A stretch of 64,000 nt of DNA from a virus. The stretch spans positions 52,070 to 116,069 of IMG/VR virus record IMGVR_UViG_3300020185_000014. One strand, 5' to 3'. The notes under the pieces are model-generated. The model worked only from the letters and a program-made list of their open reading frames with translations, searched no databases and was not told the DNA's origin. The position numbers and the translations under genes were made by a program. Positions 30,884-39,786 of the stretch are shown piece after piece (position 1 is the first letter of the stretch; each line of letters opens with the position of its first letter).

Positions 30884-31556
30884 TCAATAACTCCACTGCT
30901 TTAATAACGTCTGGAAAATGCACACCGAGAATATCCCAGCACTGATCGGCGATATCCATATGCTCTTTCTGCGTCCCATGACCTCGCCTCAGTTCGCAAT
31001 AATGGACCCAAGAACGTAAGGTTCCCGCCATATACAAAGTCGTCCCAGTGAGACCCTCCGGAAGCAGGGCGCGCGCTTGTTCTTTGGCGATACCAATATT
31101 TAACGCAATCTCGTATGCATCTTTGGAAGACTTCGAAAGTTCTGCTTGTAGTTCAGTAAATACTTCTTGCGCTTTTTTCTGTTTAATCGGATCCTCGTCA
31201 ACCATACTTAATTGACGATTGGTCGGATGCTGTTTCCTCGCTTCACGGTTTACGTGAAACGTTTCGCTGACAGCATATCTCTGAGAGAATTCTTGAAACG
31301 AAAACGAACGATGCCGAAGAATCTGTCGAGCAATATCTCGAGTTGTTTTAATTTCCATGGTCACAGATACCATCTCGAATGGAGACCAGTGTGATTCCCT
31401 GATCAAATAAGAGATAAGTTTTGATGCTGTTTTAGTATTGTTTTGATTGTTAGGATTACTGACCCTCGCCGCATGAGCGATTAAATCGTTTGCCGTATGA
31501 CAACCAGTAATCGCTGACGGCGATGACATAGAGATCAAACTTACATTATGAGTCAT
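30873..31556 (-). CDS. thyX: FAD-dependent thymidylate synthase
   Basis: ARVS, HWSPFE, RQILRHRSFSFQEFSQRY, EQARALLP, TQKEH. Confidence 0.95.
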   Translation of the reverse strand: MTHNVSLISMSSPSAITGCHTANDLIAHAARVSNPNNQNNTKTASKLISYLIRESHWSPFEMVSVTMEIKTTRDIARQILRHRSFSFQEFSQRYAVSETFHVNREARKQHPTNRQLSMVDEDPIKQKKAQEVFTELQAELSKSSKDAYEIALNIGIAKEQARALLPEGLTGTTLYMAGTLRSWVHYCELRRGHGTQKEHMDIADQCWDILGVHFPDVIKAVELLNER

Positions 31557-31737
31557 ATGCGCCCTCCATATAGGTTCCCGCAACAGAATAGTATGCAATT
31601 ACAGTATGCAACGCTGAGATCAACGCTCGGTCTTGTAATTCTTCGGGATCTTCACTTAACATTAACACTTGAGACTTCAAGTCTTGCGCGACGATATCGT
31701 CAGCACATTCATCTTTAAAGATATCACGATATATCAT
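31546..31737 (-). CDS. Hypothetical protein
   Basis: 63-aa ORF with aaggaag RBS, overlapping the thyX start. Confidence 0.55.
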   Translation of the reverse strand: MIYRDIFKDECADDIVAQDLKSQVLMLSEDPEELQDRALISALHTVIAYYSVAGTYMEGAYDS

Positions 31738-31763
31738 TCACAACTTCCTTTCATAAAATATTG

Positions 31764-31837
31764 CTGGCGTGGTTGGGATCGAACCAACGACCGCCTGATT
31801 AACAGTCAGGAGCTACTACCGTCTGAGCTACACGCCA
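31764..31837 (-). tRNA. tRNA-Asn(GTT), CCA not encoded (followed by CAA)
   Basis: TGGCGTG/CACGCCA acceptor, CCTGA-CTGTTAA-TCAGG anticodon arm, GGTTCGATCC T-loop. Confidence 0.92.
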
Positions 31838-31845
31838 ATACAAAA

Positions 31846-31921
31846 TGGTGCCGCCACCAAGAGTCGAACTCGGGACCTACTGATTACAAATCAGTTGCTC
31901 TACCAACTGAGCTATGACGGC
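31846..31921 (-). tRNA. tRNA-Thr(TGT)
   Basis: GCCGTCATAGCTCAGTTGGTAGAGC...ACTGA-TTTGTAA-TCAGT...GTTCGAC...CCA. Confidence 0.95.
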
Positions 31922-32026
31922 AAAATTTTTTTCAAATTTGATAGTCGCCCCCAGGAAACATTGAGAGTGAAACCCCCGCGCTATCAATGAGCACCTACTC
32001 GGTGGAATTGTGCTCTTTCCTCTTTG
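31922..32026 (-). ncRNA. Candidate structured small RNA in the tRNA cluster
   Basis: Two stems (GAGCAC/GTGCTC; TTGATAG-CGC/GCG-A-CTATCAA) just downstream of TATAAATA at 32033-32040. Confidence 0.45.
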
Positions 32027-32032
32027 TGTTAT

Positions 32033-32040
32033 TATTTATA
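32033..32040 (-). promoter_or_regulatory. Late promoter TATAAATA upstream of the ncRNA candidate, tRNA-Thr and tRNA-Asn
   Basis: Exact match. Confidence 0.7.
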
Positions 32041-32050
32041 AAACTAGAAT

Positions 32051-32141
32051 TGGCGGAAGATGAAGGATTCGAACCTTCGATACCCTATTAAGGTATGCTG
32101 GTTTTCAAGACCAGTGCATTCAACCACTCTGCCAATCTTCC
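32051..32141 (-). tRNA. tRNA-Ser(TGA)
   Basis: GGAAGAT/ATCTTCC acceptor, CTGGT-CTTGAAA-ACCAG, long variable arm, GCCA end. Confidence 0.95.
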
Positions 32142-32170
32142 TACTCGTTTATATAGTAAACCACTATCCT

Positions 32171-32326
32171 CTATAGAATAACAACGAAACCAACAATTAA
32201 AACAAAAATGCTAACGATCGCGGCAACTTCGCCGGCAATCTGCAGCGCGTCATGCTCGGGAGCAACAGGCGCTGCAGTCTTTTTGTAGATAGAACCAACA
32301 GCGTGACTTGATTGAACTTGATACAT
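32171..32326 (-). CDS. Small membrane protein (MYQVQSS...IVSIFVLIVGFVVIL)
   Basis: 51-aa ORF with aagga RBS, directly downstream of an early promoter. Confidence 0.55.
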   Translation of the reverse strand: MYQVQSSHAVGSIYKKTAAPVAPEHDALQIAGEVAAIVSIFVLIVGFVVIL

Positions 32327-32355
32327 TTCGATTCCTTATTGTCAATAACAGAGTT

Positions 32356-32400
32356 ATTATGCGCCTTTTTAAACAAAATGTAAAGCGCTAAGTCCTTGAT
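32356..32400 (-). promoter_or_regulatory. Early sigma70-like promoter TTTACA-N17-CATAAT
   Basis: Shares a 19-bp exact block with the 32839-32857 copy. Confidence 0.8.
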
Positions 32401-32401
32401 T

Positions 32402-32788
32402 CTACGCGATTAATTTAGTGACTCGTTCGTGTAGCGCTTGAAGTCGCTCGTTCATATCTTCCATATCAAGGTCCATTTTAACCTTGGTGAACCCTTCATG
32501 GTCAACCATATAGAACGCAGGGTTTGCTTGATCAAATACCATATCGCCGATCGAAAGAGAACGCGCTTGTTTGCGGAGCGTCACACGCTCAGAGTCATTT
32601 CTCCAACCGTCGCGGTTCATCCAATGAAATACCATTTCTATGGTGTCGGACTCAATTTCAGCGACGATTTCAAACATGTCGATCATTTCGCTCTTATATG
32701 CTTCTGAACCGAAACACATCAGGTCGCGTACCACTGGCAGGTTAGCGTCATCGCGATCGTTGATTTGGTAGATAGTGAACTTAGACAT
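32402..32788 (-). CDS. Hypothetical early protein (YodL-like)
   Basis: FTIYQI...RSLSIGDMV motif. Confidence 0.55.
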   Translation of the reverse strand: MSKFTIYQINDRDDANLPVVRDLMCFGSEAYKSEMIDMFEIVAEIESDTIEMVFHWMNRDGWRNDSERVTLRKQARSLSIGDMVFDQANPAFYMVDHEGFTKVKMDLDMEDMNERLQALHERVTKLIA

Positions 32789-32819
32789 ATTTCTTTCTCT
32801 TTATTTAATTTATGAGACT

Positions 32820-32857
32820 ATTATGACCTAATACCAGGAAAATGTAAAGCGCTAAGT
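32820..32857 (-). promoter_or_regulatory. Early sigma70-like promoter TTTACA-N17-CATAAT
   Basis: Second copy of the repeated promoter. Confidence 0.8.
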
Positions 32858-33543
32858 TATTGTTTTTGTTCGTATTTTTTGATAGTGTTTAGCAACATCT
32901 CAGTCCAATTATCTCGGTGTTCGATGAATACTTGAGGGTCTGCGTCATCTACTGCAATGATAGTGACGAGTTGGGTGATGGGCATGCCGGTTCGCTCTTC
33001 CCACATGATTGCATAGGCAGACTCTTGGCAGAAGTAGTTTTCAACGTATTTTCGTTGCTTTCGTTTTTTACTGGTTTTGAAATCGATGATTGATGGTATT
33101 CCATTAAATTCAGCGACACAATCAACGCGGCCAGCAACCCGTAGATGATCAGAATAGAGAGGAAGTTCTTGTCCATAAATTCGTCCAATCTTTTCATCTA
33201 AGATCTCCTTAACGTTATTGAAGTTGCCATATATGTTTGGCATATAACCGCTGGCGAAATCCGGATCATTGTTAAGATATTTCTCAATGATTTCATGAAC
33301 TGCTGTGCCTCTCGTTGCTGCGCGATAAGAAATCTTGTCTGCTTCTGCTTCGCCGACTCTTTTTCTCCATGCTTTAATTCCTGCTTCAGAAAGAACGCTC
33401 AACACGGTTGTGATGGAAGGATATCGTTTTTTATCGGGAGTTTCGTATTTTCTGCCAGAATCGTTTGTTTCTGCAGTTAAATCTGCGTATCCGAGATCAA
33501 TCGGCGCGTGCTCAAATATTACTCTTTCGTTGTTTTGCTTCAT
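32857..33543 (-). CDS. PD-(D/E)XK exonuclease of T4-like phages
   Basis: YPSITTVL, RGTAVH, AGRVDC, IIDFKTS, YF.Q..AY. Confidence 0.88.
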   Translation of the reverse strand: MKQNNERVIFEHAPIDLGYADLTAETNDSGRKYETPDKKRYPSITTVLSVLSEAGIKAWRKRVGEAEADKISYRAATRGTAVHEIIEKYLNNDPDFASGYMPNIYGNFNNVKEILDEKIGRIYGQELPLYSDHLRVAGRVDCVAEFNGIPSIIDFKTSKKRKQRKYVENYFCQESAYAIMWEERTGMPITQLVTIIAVDDADPQVFIEHRDNWTEMLLNTIKKYEQKQ

Positions 33544-34321
33544 ATGCCCTTCTCTGTTTTCTATTCATTACCATCGGCGCTGGCGGTTCGCCTTGCCTGA
33601 TATCTTCAGTCGGGTCTTGCTGCGCTTTGCGTCTAAGTTCTTCGGGAGACTTTCCCTTTAACCTAGCACCTCGCGCATCAAAAAGACCTTTAGTTTTTGA
33701 TTCGACAGACGTATTATACGTTATTATTTTCACATTGTCAAATCGTTCTATTTGAAGGTCATCATGAGTATGATGTAAAACAAACTGGGTATTCTTAAAT
33801 TCTTTGAAGATACCTTCCCAGATAGGTCGCCAATTGCCCAGAAGGCGGTAGGTGTTATTCGCTTCTCTATCGCTGGGAAGAATGAGGTCGGTCATGCTTC
33901 TCATATTAAAGTCGAATAGTGTATCGAAACCATAAAGATGTATTTCATCCGCGTTGTGTTTATTTGCCGCGTAATGCGCCGCCATGTGACCGCAGTTGAA
34001 ATTTGTGGGGTTGCCTGCATATTTTGGAACGGTCGTATAAAACGATTTAACCTTACTGGCATATTTGAGATAGAACGCAGACTTTTCTTCCATCCAAATG
34101 CGAGGACGAGTTCCGAGAACCCAATCGTATTGATCCAATGCGATAGAACCTTCGTTAAGCGCCATCATCATTTTAAAGTCGACCATGCATGTAGCATATA
34201 CCAATTTCGGGTCAATTTCGAACGGGGGCATGTTACAAACAAGAATCGTGCCTTCCCTCTGCTCCTCATTGAATAGCGCGCTCTTGTCGCCATTTCCTAA
34301 GACGTGTACTATTTTAGACAT
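33512..34321 (-). CDS. Putative glycan-modifying enzyme (GT29/Maf-like Rossmann)
   Basis: VHVLGNG.S, NCG..A, IHLYGFD motifs; GT island context. Confidence 0.5.
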   Translation of the reverse strand: MSKIVHVLGNGDKSALFNEEQREGTILVCNMPPFEIDPKLVYATCMVDFKMMMALNEGSIALDQYDWVLGTRPRIWMEEKSAFYLKYASKVKSFYTTVPKYAGNPTNFNCGHMAAHYAANKHNADEIHLYGFDTLFDFNMRSMTDLILPSDREANNTYRLLGNWRPIWEGIFKEFKNTQFVLHHTHDDLQIERFDNVKIITYNTSVESKTKGLFDARGARLKGKSPEELRRKAQQDPTEDIRQGEPPAPMVMNRKQRRAYEAKQRKSNI

Positions 34322-34973
34322 CGCTCATCATTCCTTTGATCACTTGCTTTCCCTTCTCGCCGGTCCAGTGCATTATTAATTTGTTTGGATTATCTTGACC
34401 GTCAATTAATTGTATACGCAACCAATTGTATATATTGGGAAGTGTAGCAATGTGCATCAGGCGCATTAGTGGATTAATCTTAACCAGTTCGTGTAAAACC
34501 TCTTGGTCGCCCTTTGCTATACCTTTCTCGCAGCTCTCTATCCATTTATTGAGAATGTTCGGTTTTCCAATTATCCCAATCACCCCAGAGTTATGCCACG
34601 TTTCGCCTCGGCGTTTGCTCCATGGTTTATCTTCCACCATTGCAATTTTATCGACTTCTAGATATTTAAATATATTCTTTAGATCGCCAAGAACGTGACA
34701 GTCGGTATCAACCCAAATTAATTGTTTTGCATTAATGATCTTAAGAGTGAGCGGTTTTAAAAACCACCCGTTGTTATCGCCTTTAGGGATATCGACCACA
34801 TCAGCAAATAATTTAGATTCGATAATGTTTTGTTTGGTTTCTTCCGATACACCAAAGTTCGCAAACACGATAGGTGTGTCGTTGTGCTTCTTGTAATTTT
34901 CTATGAACCACGGTAACATCCATGCAGTGTTATCGTCGCAACCTGTTACAAAACACTTATCAAATGAGTTCAT
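34314..34973 (-). CDS. GT-A glycosyltransferase (GT8-like)
   Basis: WFLKP, WVDTD (DxD), NSGV, GDQE, YNW, HWTG. Confidence 0.75.
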   Translation of the reverse strand: MNSFDKCFVTGCDDNTAWMLPWFIENYKKHNDTPIVFANFGVSEETKQNIIESKLFADVVDIPKGDNNGWFLKPLTLKIINAKQLIWVDTDCHVLGDLKNIFKYLEVDKIAMVEDKPWSKRRGETWHNSGVIGIIGKPNILNKWIESCEKGIAKGDQEVLHELVKINPLMRLMHIATLPNIYNWLRIQLIDGQDNPNKLIMHWTGEKGKQVIKGMMSDV

Positions 34974-35604
34974 ACTTCTCGCCGCCGTCCCACTGATGTT
35001 TCGCTAAACAACCTTCAGTCTTTTGTATGGTTGAGAAAGAATCCTTTGCCTCTACTGGCCAAGGATAATATTCTTGCAACCAAGGAAACCTGTTAATGTT
35101 AAGGAACACGTCTGTCGGTGCCGCGTCGACCTTCGCTCTTTCTATTAAGAGTTTCGCACCAGATGGTTTTATACGATATGCATGCGCTCCAGGAAAATAC
35201 GGTTTGCTGAATAATGAACTGGTTCCAAGAGATTCCGGCAATTTGAACTTACCGTAACTGGGCGCGCCGATAGACACACAGTGCTTGTAGGAAATATATT
35301 TGGGAATTTTCGCGACAGCAATTGCATCATGTTCGAATATCTGGTATTCTTCATTATCTTCAACACACCGTTCCCAAAGAGAAAAGTGAGAAAGAAATGC
35401 AGAAATGCATTTTTCTTTGTACGAGTATACTTCTTCAAATAGATCTTCGGGCAACCCCTTGCTCTTAAGAATAGCAGTCGGGTTATCGTTCGGAGTTATC
35501 GCATCAAACATCTGTACGTCGTATTCCGGCATAGAATTTATACACCGCTGCGCGACTTTAACCGATGGTTCGATAGATTTAATTGTAATTACAAATGATT
35601 TCAT
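34960..35604 (-). CDS. Glycosyltransferase family 25-like
   Basis: FDAITP, AFLSHFSLW, IFEHDA, GAHAYRIKP.GAK.L; start MKSFVIT. Confidence 0.8.
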   Translation of the reverse strand: MKSFVITIKSIEPSVKVAQRCINSMPEYDVQMFDAITPNDNPTAILKSKGLPEDLFEEVYSYKEKCISAFLSHFSLWERCVEDNEEYQIFEHDAIAVAKIPKYISYKHCVSIGAPSYGKFKLPESLGTSSLFSKPYFPGAHAYRIKPSGAKLLIERAKVDAAPTDVFLNINRFPWLQEYYPWPVEAKDSFSTIQKTEGCLAKHQWDGGEKYELI

Positions 35605-36320
35605 AAAGTAGTTGTCGATATAATCGGTTGAACTCTTGACACGTATGGATACAAACAACCGATCTTATTACCCATCAATTGCCGGCACATGATAGCATCA
35701 TTAGGCCAAGCGCCGTATTCCGAGGTCAATTCAATCAATTTATTTGCGCCTTCAGGTTTTATATAGTAGGCAGAATTCCCAGGAAGTCCAGCAGGGTGCT
35801 CGGTTTCTTTGATATAAGGAACCGGAACCACTTGACTTTTATTTCCCATTTTCTTATCAGAAACTTTAATGTTGTACAGTTCCGCGCTGGGAGTTGCTCC
35901 GCGCTGCGGAGCATTCAACGAGGCGATCCAACGGGGAGAATCTCTCAGAACATCAACAGGTATTCTCGAATGGAAGATTGCGTCATGCTCACAGATGATT
36001 GAAGGTACGTTATCTTGGAATATTTTTTTCCAGAGCATGTAGTGTGACAAAAAACATGCAATTCTCCTTTTAGGTTCTGCCGTATTATATCCAACTTTCG
36101 TCAACCCAGAAGAAAAGTCTTTAACGACCTGACCATTCCACGGATAGTTCCATCTTAGATTATATTTTTCCATCAAGTCGTCGACCTGATCAGGGGTGAC
36201 TGCACGAAAAGGCACAACTTCTATTGAGGAATCATTGTGCGCTAACACTGATTCAGCAGCAGTATTTTTTGCCGATACAGATGTCGCTTCATCCATTAAA
36301 GTTATAATATAGAGTTGCAT
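35601..36320 (-). CDS. Glycosyltransferase family 25-like
   Basis: ACFLSHYMLW, ICEHDA, GNSAYYIKPEGA. Confidence 0.8.
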   Translation of the reverse strand: MQLYIITLMDEATSVSAKNTAAESVLAHNDSSIEVVPFRAVTPDQVDDLMEKYNLRWNYPWNGQVVKDFSSGLTKVGYNTAEPKRRIACFLSHYMLWKKIFQDNVPSIICEHDAIFHSRIPVDVLRDSPRWIASLNAPQRGATPSAELYNIKVSDKKMGNKSQVVPVPYIKETEHPAGLPGNSAYYIKPEGANKLIELTSEYGAWPNDAIMCRQLMGNKIGCLYPYVSRVQPIISTTTL

Positions 36321-37012
36321 TATACACCATGCGACGTGTTTAGATTTATTGTATTAAATTTTACTGGAGAAGGCAAGAGATATTGAATATTAACATTGCT
36401 CGAGTTCAAAATAAAATCAGATTGATCTAAGTTTCTTTCTGCCACTTTTAACATTTTCTTCGCCCCCTTTGGCGTTAAAGCATATGCGCCAGTACCAGGA
36501 ACCATAAATGATCCCTTCCACTCGTTTTCTCTGTAATAGACTAGAGGATAATCAGAAGGGAGATTTTCGACTCCCTGCCCTTGCCATTTATATCCTCTTA
36601 GTTGACTTATATTTAACTTATTTGGTGGAGCAAAAACATACTCCGCATTCAGAATTAAATATTCATCGAAGTCGTGATCGCGCCAATATGAAATAAAGAT
36701 AGCATCGTGTTCAATAAATGCCATCGGTTCATCTTTCTCAACAACCTCTTTCCAAAAGTTTACGTGGTTCATCACGCAACTTAGTTTTGTATAGAAACGA
36801 TTTTCGTTTTCAGATTTAAAATTAATCAATCTGCTGTTCTCTATCATGGAAACAGAACGCTGCGATTCATCAACTTTATTTAATGTTTTCGGCGTAACTC
36901 CGGAAGTTAGTTTCAGGTCCCATCCAGAAAATATTTTAGAAGAACGTTCTGCATCTTCCGCTTGCGCGATAGATTTGGAATGAGAAGGAACATAGATAAT
37001 TTGACCTTTCAT
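36320..37012 (-). CDS. Glycosyltransferase family 25-like
   Basis: SCVMNH..FW, FIEHDA, GTGAYALTPKGAKK. Confidence 0.78.
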   Translation of the reverse strand: MKGQIIYVPSHSKSIAQAEDAERSSKIFSGWDLKLTSGVTPKTLNKVDESQRSVSMIENSRLINFKSENENRFYTKLSCVMNHVNFWKEVVEKDEPMAFIEHDAIFISYWRDHDFDEYLILNAEYVFAPPNKLNISQLRGYKWQGQGVENLPSDYPLVYYRENEWKGSFMVPGTGAYALTPKGAKKMLKVAERNLDQSDFILNSSNVNIQYLLPSPVKFNTINLNTSHGV

Positions 37013-37029
37013 TTGTTTGCATACCTTTG

Positions 37030-37635
37030 TTACGCCGTTTTGCGTTTTACCGTAAAGATTTTGTAATCTCCATCTACAGCAGTATTAATAGAACCTTCAT
37101 TCACAACAGAAAACCCGCAGTCTTTCACTTTGCCGATAAAAAAAGATTCGTTTTGTACGTGTATTTTACCATCAACACAAACAGGAAGTTTATCCCAACA
37201 CCTCAAGGTGAAAATACAATATTCTTTTGAAGATTGTAACACATTTTCTAATATTTTTAAAGAGTCTTGTTCTCCGAGAAGGTTCAACATTCTAAAACAC
37301 AAAGTCAGGTCAGACGACTTTTCAATATTCTGATCAATTAGATTGTGTTTAAATATCTCTAATTTTTCCCCCTTATTTTTTTTCGCTTCTTTTATCATAT
37401 CTTCGGACAGTTCATACCCACAAAAAACTTTGACGTTATCTGCATTTTCGATAACATCAGAAAACCTATTAGTGCCAAGGGGGGCGTCTGAAACAGACGA
37501 TATTTGAGGATTCTCTTTGATAAAATTTTCAACCCACGATTGTTCAAACTTCCACTTCTTGCTGTTCTTTCTGCGTGTATCATAATGCGCAGCTCGTTCA
37601 GCAGTATAATGGTCTTCAACTAATTTTTTAGTCAT
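37030..37635 (-). CDS. Class I SAM-dependent methyltransferase
   Basis: A..YD, DAPLGTNRF motif I, GYELSEDM, DLTLCFRML. Confidence 0.72.
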   Translation of the reverse strand: MTKKLVEDHYTAERAAHYDTRRKNSKKWKFEQSWVENFIKENPQISSVSDAPLGTNRFSDVIENADNVKVFCGYELSEDMIKEAKKNKGEKLEIFKHNLIDQNIEKSSDLTLCFRMLNLLGEQDSLKILENVLQSSKEYCIFTLRCWDKLPVCVDGKIHVQNESFFIGKVKDCGFSVVNEGSINTAVDGDYKIFTVKRKTA

Positions 37636-38267
37636 TTCTTATATTCCTTGTATTTTTTTCTTATTTTCCAATAATAGTCAACTGTTTGTTGCGAAACACC
37701 ATAAAGATGCTCGTGATCTTCTAATATATTTGAGTTTCTTGAGTTCAAAAACCAAGCATTATTGCAAGACAAAAATTCGTTATCAATTAACTTTATTCCG
37801 CCCTTTGTGATAATCACGTTGTCTATGGTCAGGTCATTATGATTGACATAATTTTTTATGTTTGTTTCTGGTGTGTATTGTAAACCGATCCTCATATGTA
37901 TATGTTGCAAATAATCCCAGGTCTGAATCCTAATCGGCAACCCCCGAAGGGTTTTAACGCATTCGTCAATTTCATCTTTCAAAAATTGTCTGTTTACCGG
38001 ATCCTGCTCAGATTCATCGATATATTCCTCAGCGATATATAACCCATCAGAAAATAAAACTTCAGGAAAATATTGTTTAACTTCTGATATGGTTTGTATA
38101 TGTAATCTGAGAGCAACTTGTTCTTTATTGAAGTTTTGATAAACTTTGATTTTATTCCCGCGCCAATCGGCGAAGATTGAATCTAACCCGTTGGAGTTTT
38201 TCAAATTATTTATTGGACGGTTGTTTTTTGTTGGATGAATATTTTTCAACTCACTTAGCACAAACAA
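37632..38267 (-). CDS. APH/choline-kinase-like phosphotransferase
   Basis: KIKVY, FPEVL, HNDL..DNV, KLIDNE. Confidence 0.72.
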   Translation of the reverse strand: MFVLSELKNIHPTKNNRPINNLKNSNGLDSIFADWRGNKIKVYQNFNKEQVALRLHIQTISEVKQYFPEVLFSDGLYIAEEYIDESEQDPVNRQFLKDEIDECVKTLRGLPIRIQTWDYLQHIHMRIGLQYTPETNIKNYVNHNDLTIDNVIITKGGIKLIDNEFLSCNNAWFLNSRNSNILEDHEHLYGVSQQTVDYYWKIRKKYKEYKK

Positions 38268-38283
38268 TTCCTATAGTCATCCT

Positions 38284-38634
38284 TCATTCTTCCCCCCTTC
38301 TTTCGATGTCGCTCTCTTCGCAGAGCAACCCGTTTTGTACTTCTAGAATATGACAATATCCCATACCAACATTACATGCTTTGTGCCACGTACCTTTAGG
38401 GATTATTTGTGTATCGTTTGGTCCTAATTTAACAACCTCTTTAACCCCATCGGGTGATTCTAAGATTATCTCAAGGATTCCCGCCATAACGTACCAGTGC
38501 TCGTTTCTTTGATCGTGGCGCTGATCGGACAAACAAAGTCCAGGCTCGATCACCAATTCTTTAACTTTCACTTGTTTATAATCTAGCAGCGTGTGCCAGA
38601 TGCCCCAAGGTCTTTCGTTCGTTTCAATCGCCAT
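38284..38634 (-). CDS. Cupin, mannose-6-phosphate isomerase type II C-terminal-like
   Basis: ERPWG, KVKELVIEPG..LS.QRH..R.EHW, WH, EVQ.G...ESDIER. Confidence 0.85.
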   Translation of the reverse strand: MAIETNERPWGIWHTLLDYKQVKVKELVIEPGLCLSDQRHDQRNEHWYVMAGILEIILESPDGVKEVVKLGPNDTQIIPKGTWHKACNVGMGYCHILEVQNGLLCEESDIERRGEE

Positions 38635-38654
38635 TAGAAATGCCCCAAATATGT

Positions 38655-39023
38655 TTAATAATTCCCATGACTCTTATGTTCTAGAATTTCAGAACCGCTC
38701 AGATTATTTATCTTCTTTTTTATGTCTGCTCTGATGTCATTAAAATAATACACTGAGCGAGATAAGTCTATAAACGAATCGCCGAAATCTTTCATTGCTT
38801 CGTGATTCCTTTTCCCCTCTTCTACCCCCCAACAAATACTGTTCACTTCATGTAACAATTTTTGCATTTTTTCTATAATAGGAGGGAGGTTCAAACCTTT
38901 TTTAATTTCTAATAAATGCTCAAGTTCTTGTTTAGAAGTATCCAATCCATGTTCTATTTTTATTTCTAAGATTGTGATCTTATCTAAAAGTTCTCCGACT
39001 GATACTGGTATCTTACATTCCAT
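38655..39023 (-). CDS. Conserved glycosylation-locus protein (DUF6165-like)
   Basis: IPVSVGELLDKITILEIK...RSVY..ND.R...K..IN. Confidence 0.72.
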   Translation of the reverse strand: MECKIPVSVGELLDKITILEIKIEHGLDTSKQELEHLLEIKKGLNLPPIIEKMQKLLHEVNSICWGVEEGKRNHEAMKDFGDSFIDLSRSVYYFNDIRADIKKKINNLSGSEILEHKSHGNY

Positions 39024-39786
39024 TTAAAAACCTATTGTACATAACCCCATGCCTTTTTGATCTAACAACGTGATGTGAAACATTTCTCTTGATACTGTAG
39101 ATATCTATTTTATCGTACGGCAAATAATACTGCGCTAGATGAAAGAACCCAGAATCTATTCCAACATAATATTCTGAATTCGCTATAGCATTTCCTGCTG
39201 CGATAAGAGAAGTTTTCAGCAATTCGTTTCTAGAGGATCCACCAACCATGACTGCCGGAAGATTATATTCGTTTTCGATTTTCAGTATCTGTAAAGGAGA
39301 AAGCTGCCTAGATTTATCTGTTGTGTCCCATTGAACAGTAATATATTTTTCGGGTAAAAAATCTAATTTCTTACCGATAGGTTTTAACTCGGGCAACTTC
39401 GTCAGATATTTTCCAGCATCAATTAAATCTAATTCGTCCACTTTTCCTAAAGGGCATTCTGATAATGTATCGGCATAGTAATATGTTTGCGCTTCTATTC
39501 CTTTATCTTTTAGATAAGCAATCCAATCAGTCTCTGGTAAATTACACACGTCATGAACTTCAATGGATACTAACCCGCCGGACATTTGACATATTTCTGC
39601 CCAAGAATCTTTCTTATGCTGCTTGCCGTATTTGTCTGAGGTTAAGTGAAGAACAACTTTAGTATTATGCGCTTTGGCATATTGTATGCCTATTAGAGCG
39701 CTGTGTAGACGATCTCCAACGCCAGGAGTGGTATACGCGAAATCTTTTCTAATTAAAGATCGAGAACGGATAGCAATATTTTTCAT
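39013..39786 (-). CDS. GT-B glycosyltransferase (GT9-like)
   Basis: PGVGDRL N-terminal loop; YVGIDSGFFHLA. Confidence 0.7.
   Translation of the reverse strand: MKNIAIRSRSLIRKDFAYTTPGVGDRLHSALIGIQYAKAHNTKVVLHLTSDKYGKQHKKDSWAEICQMSGGLVSIEVHDVCNLPETDWIAYLKDKGIEAQTYYYADTLSECPLGKVDELDLIDAGKYLTKLPELKPIGKKLDFLPEKYITVQWDTTDKSRQLSPLQILKIENEYNLPAVMVGGSSRNELLKTSLIAAGNAIANSEYYVGIDSGFFHLAQYYLPYDKIDIYSIKRNVSHHVVRSKRHGVMYNRFLNGM

Noticed and set aside
31669-31917. 82-aa plus-strand ORF
   Set aside because: It is the antisense reading of tRNA-Asn and tRNA-Thr.
32857-33543. Cas4 indicating a CRISPR system
   Set aside because: It lacks the Fe-S cysteine set and any array; it matches the common T4-like PD-(D/E)XK exonuclease.
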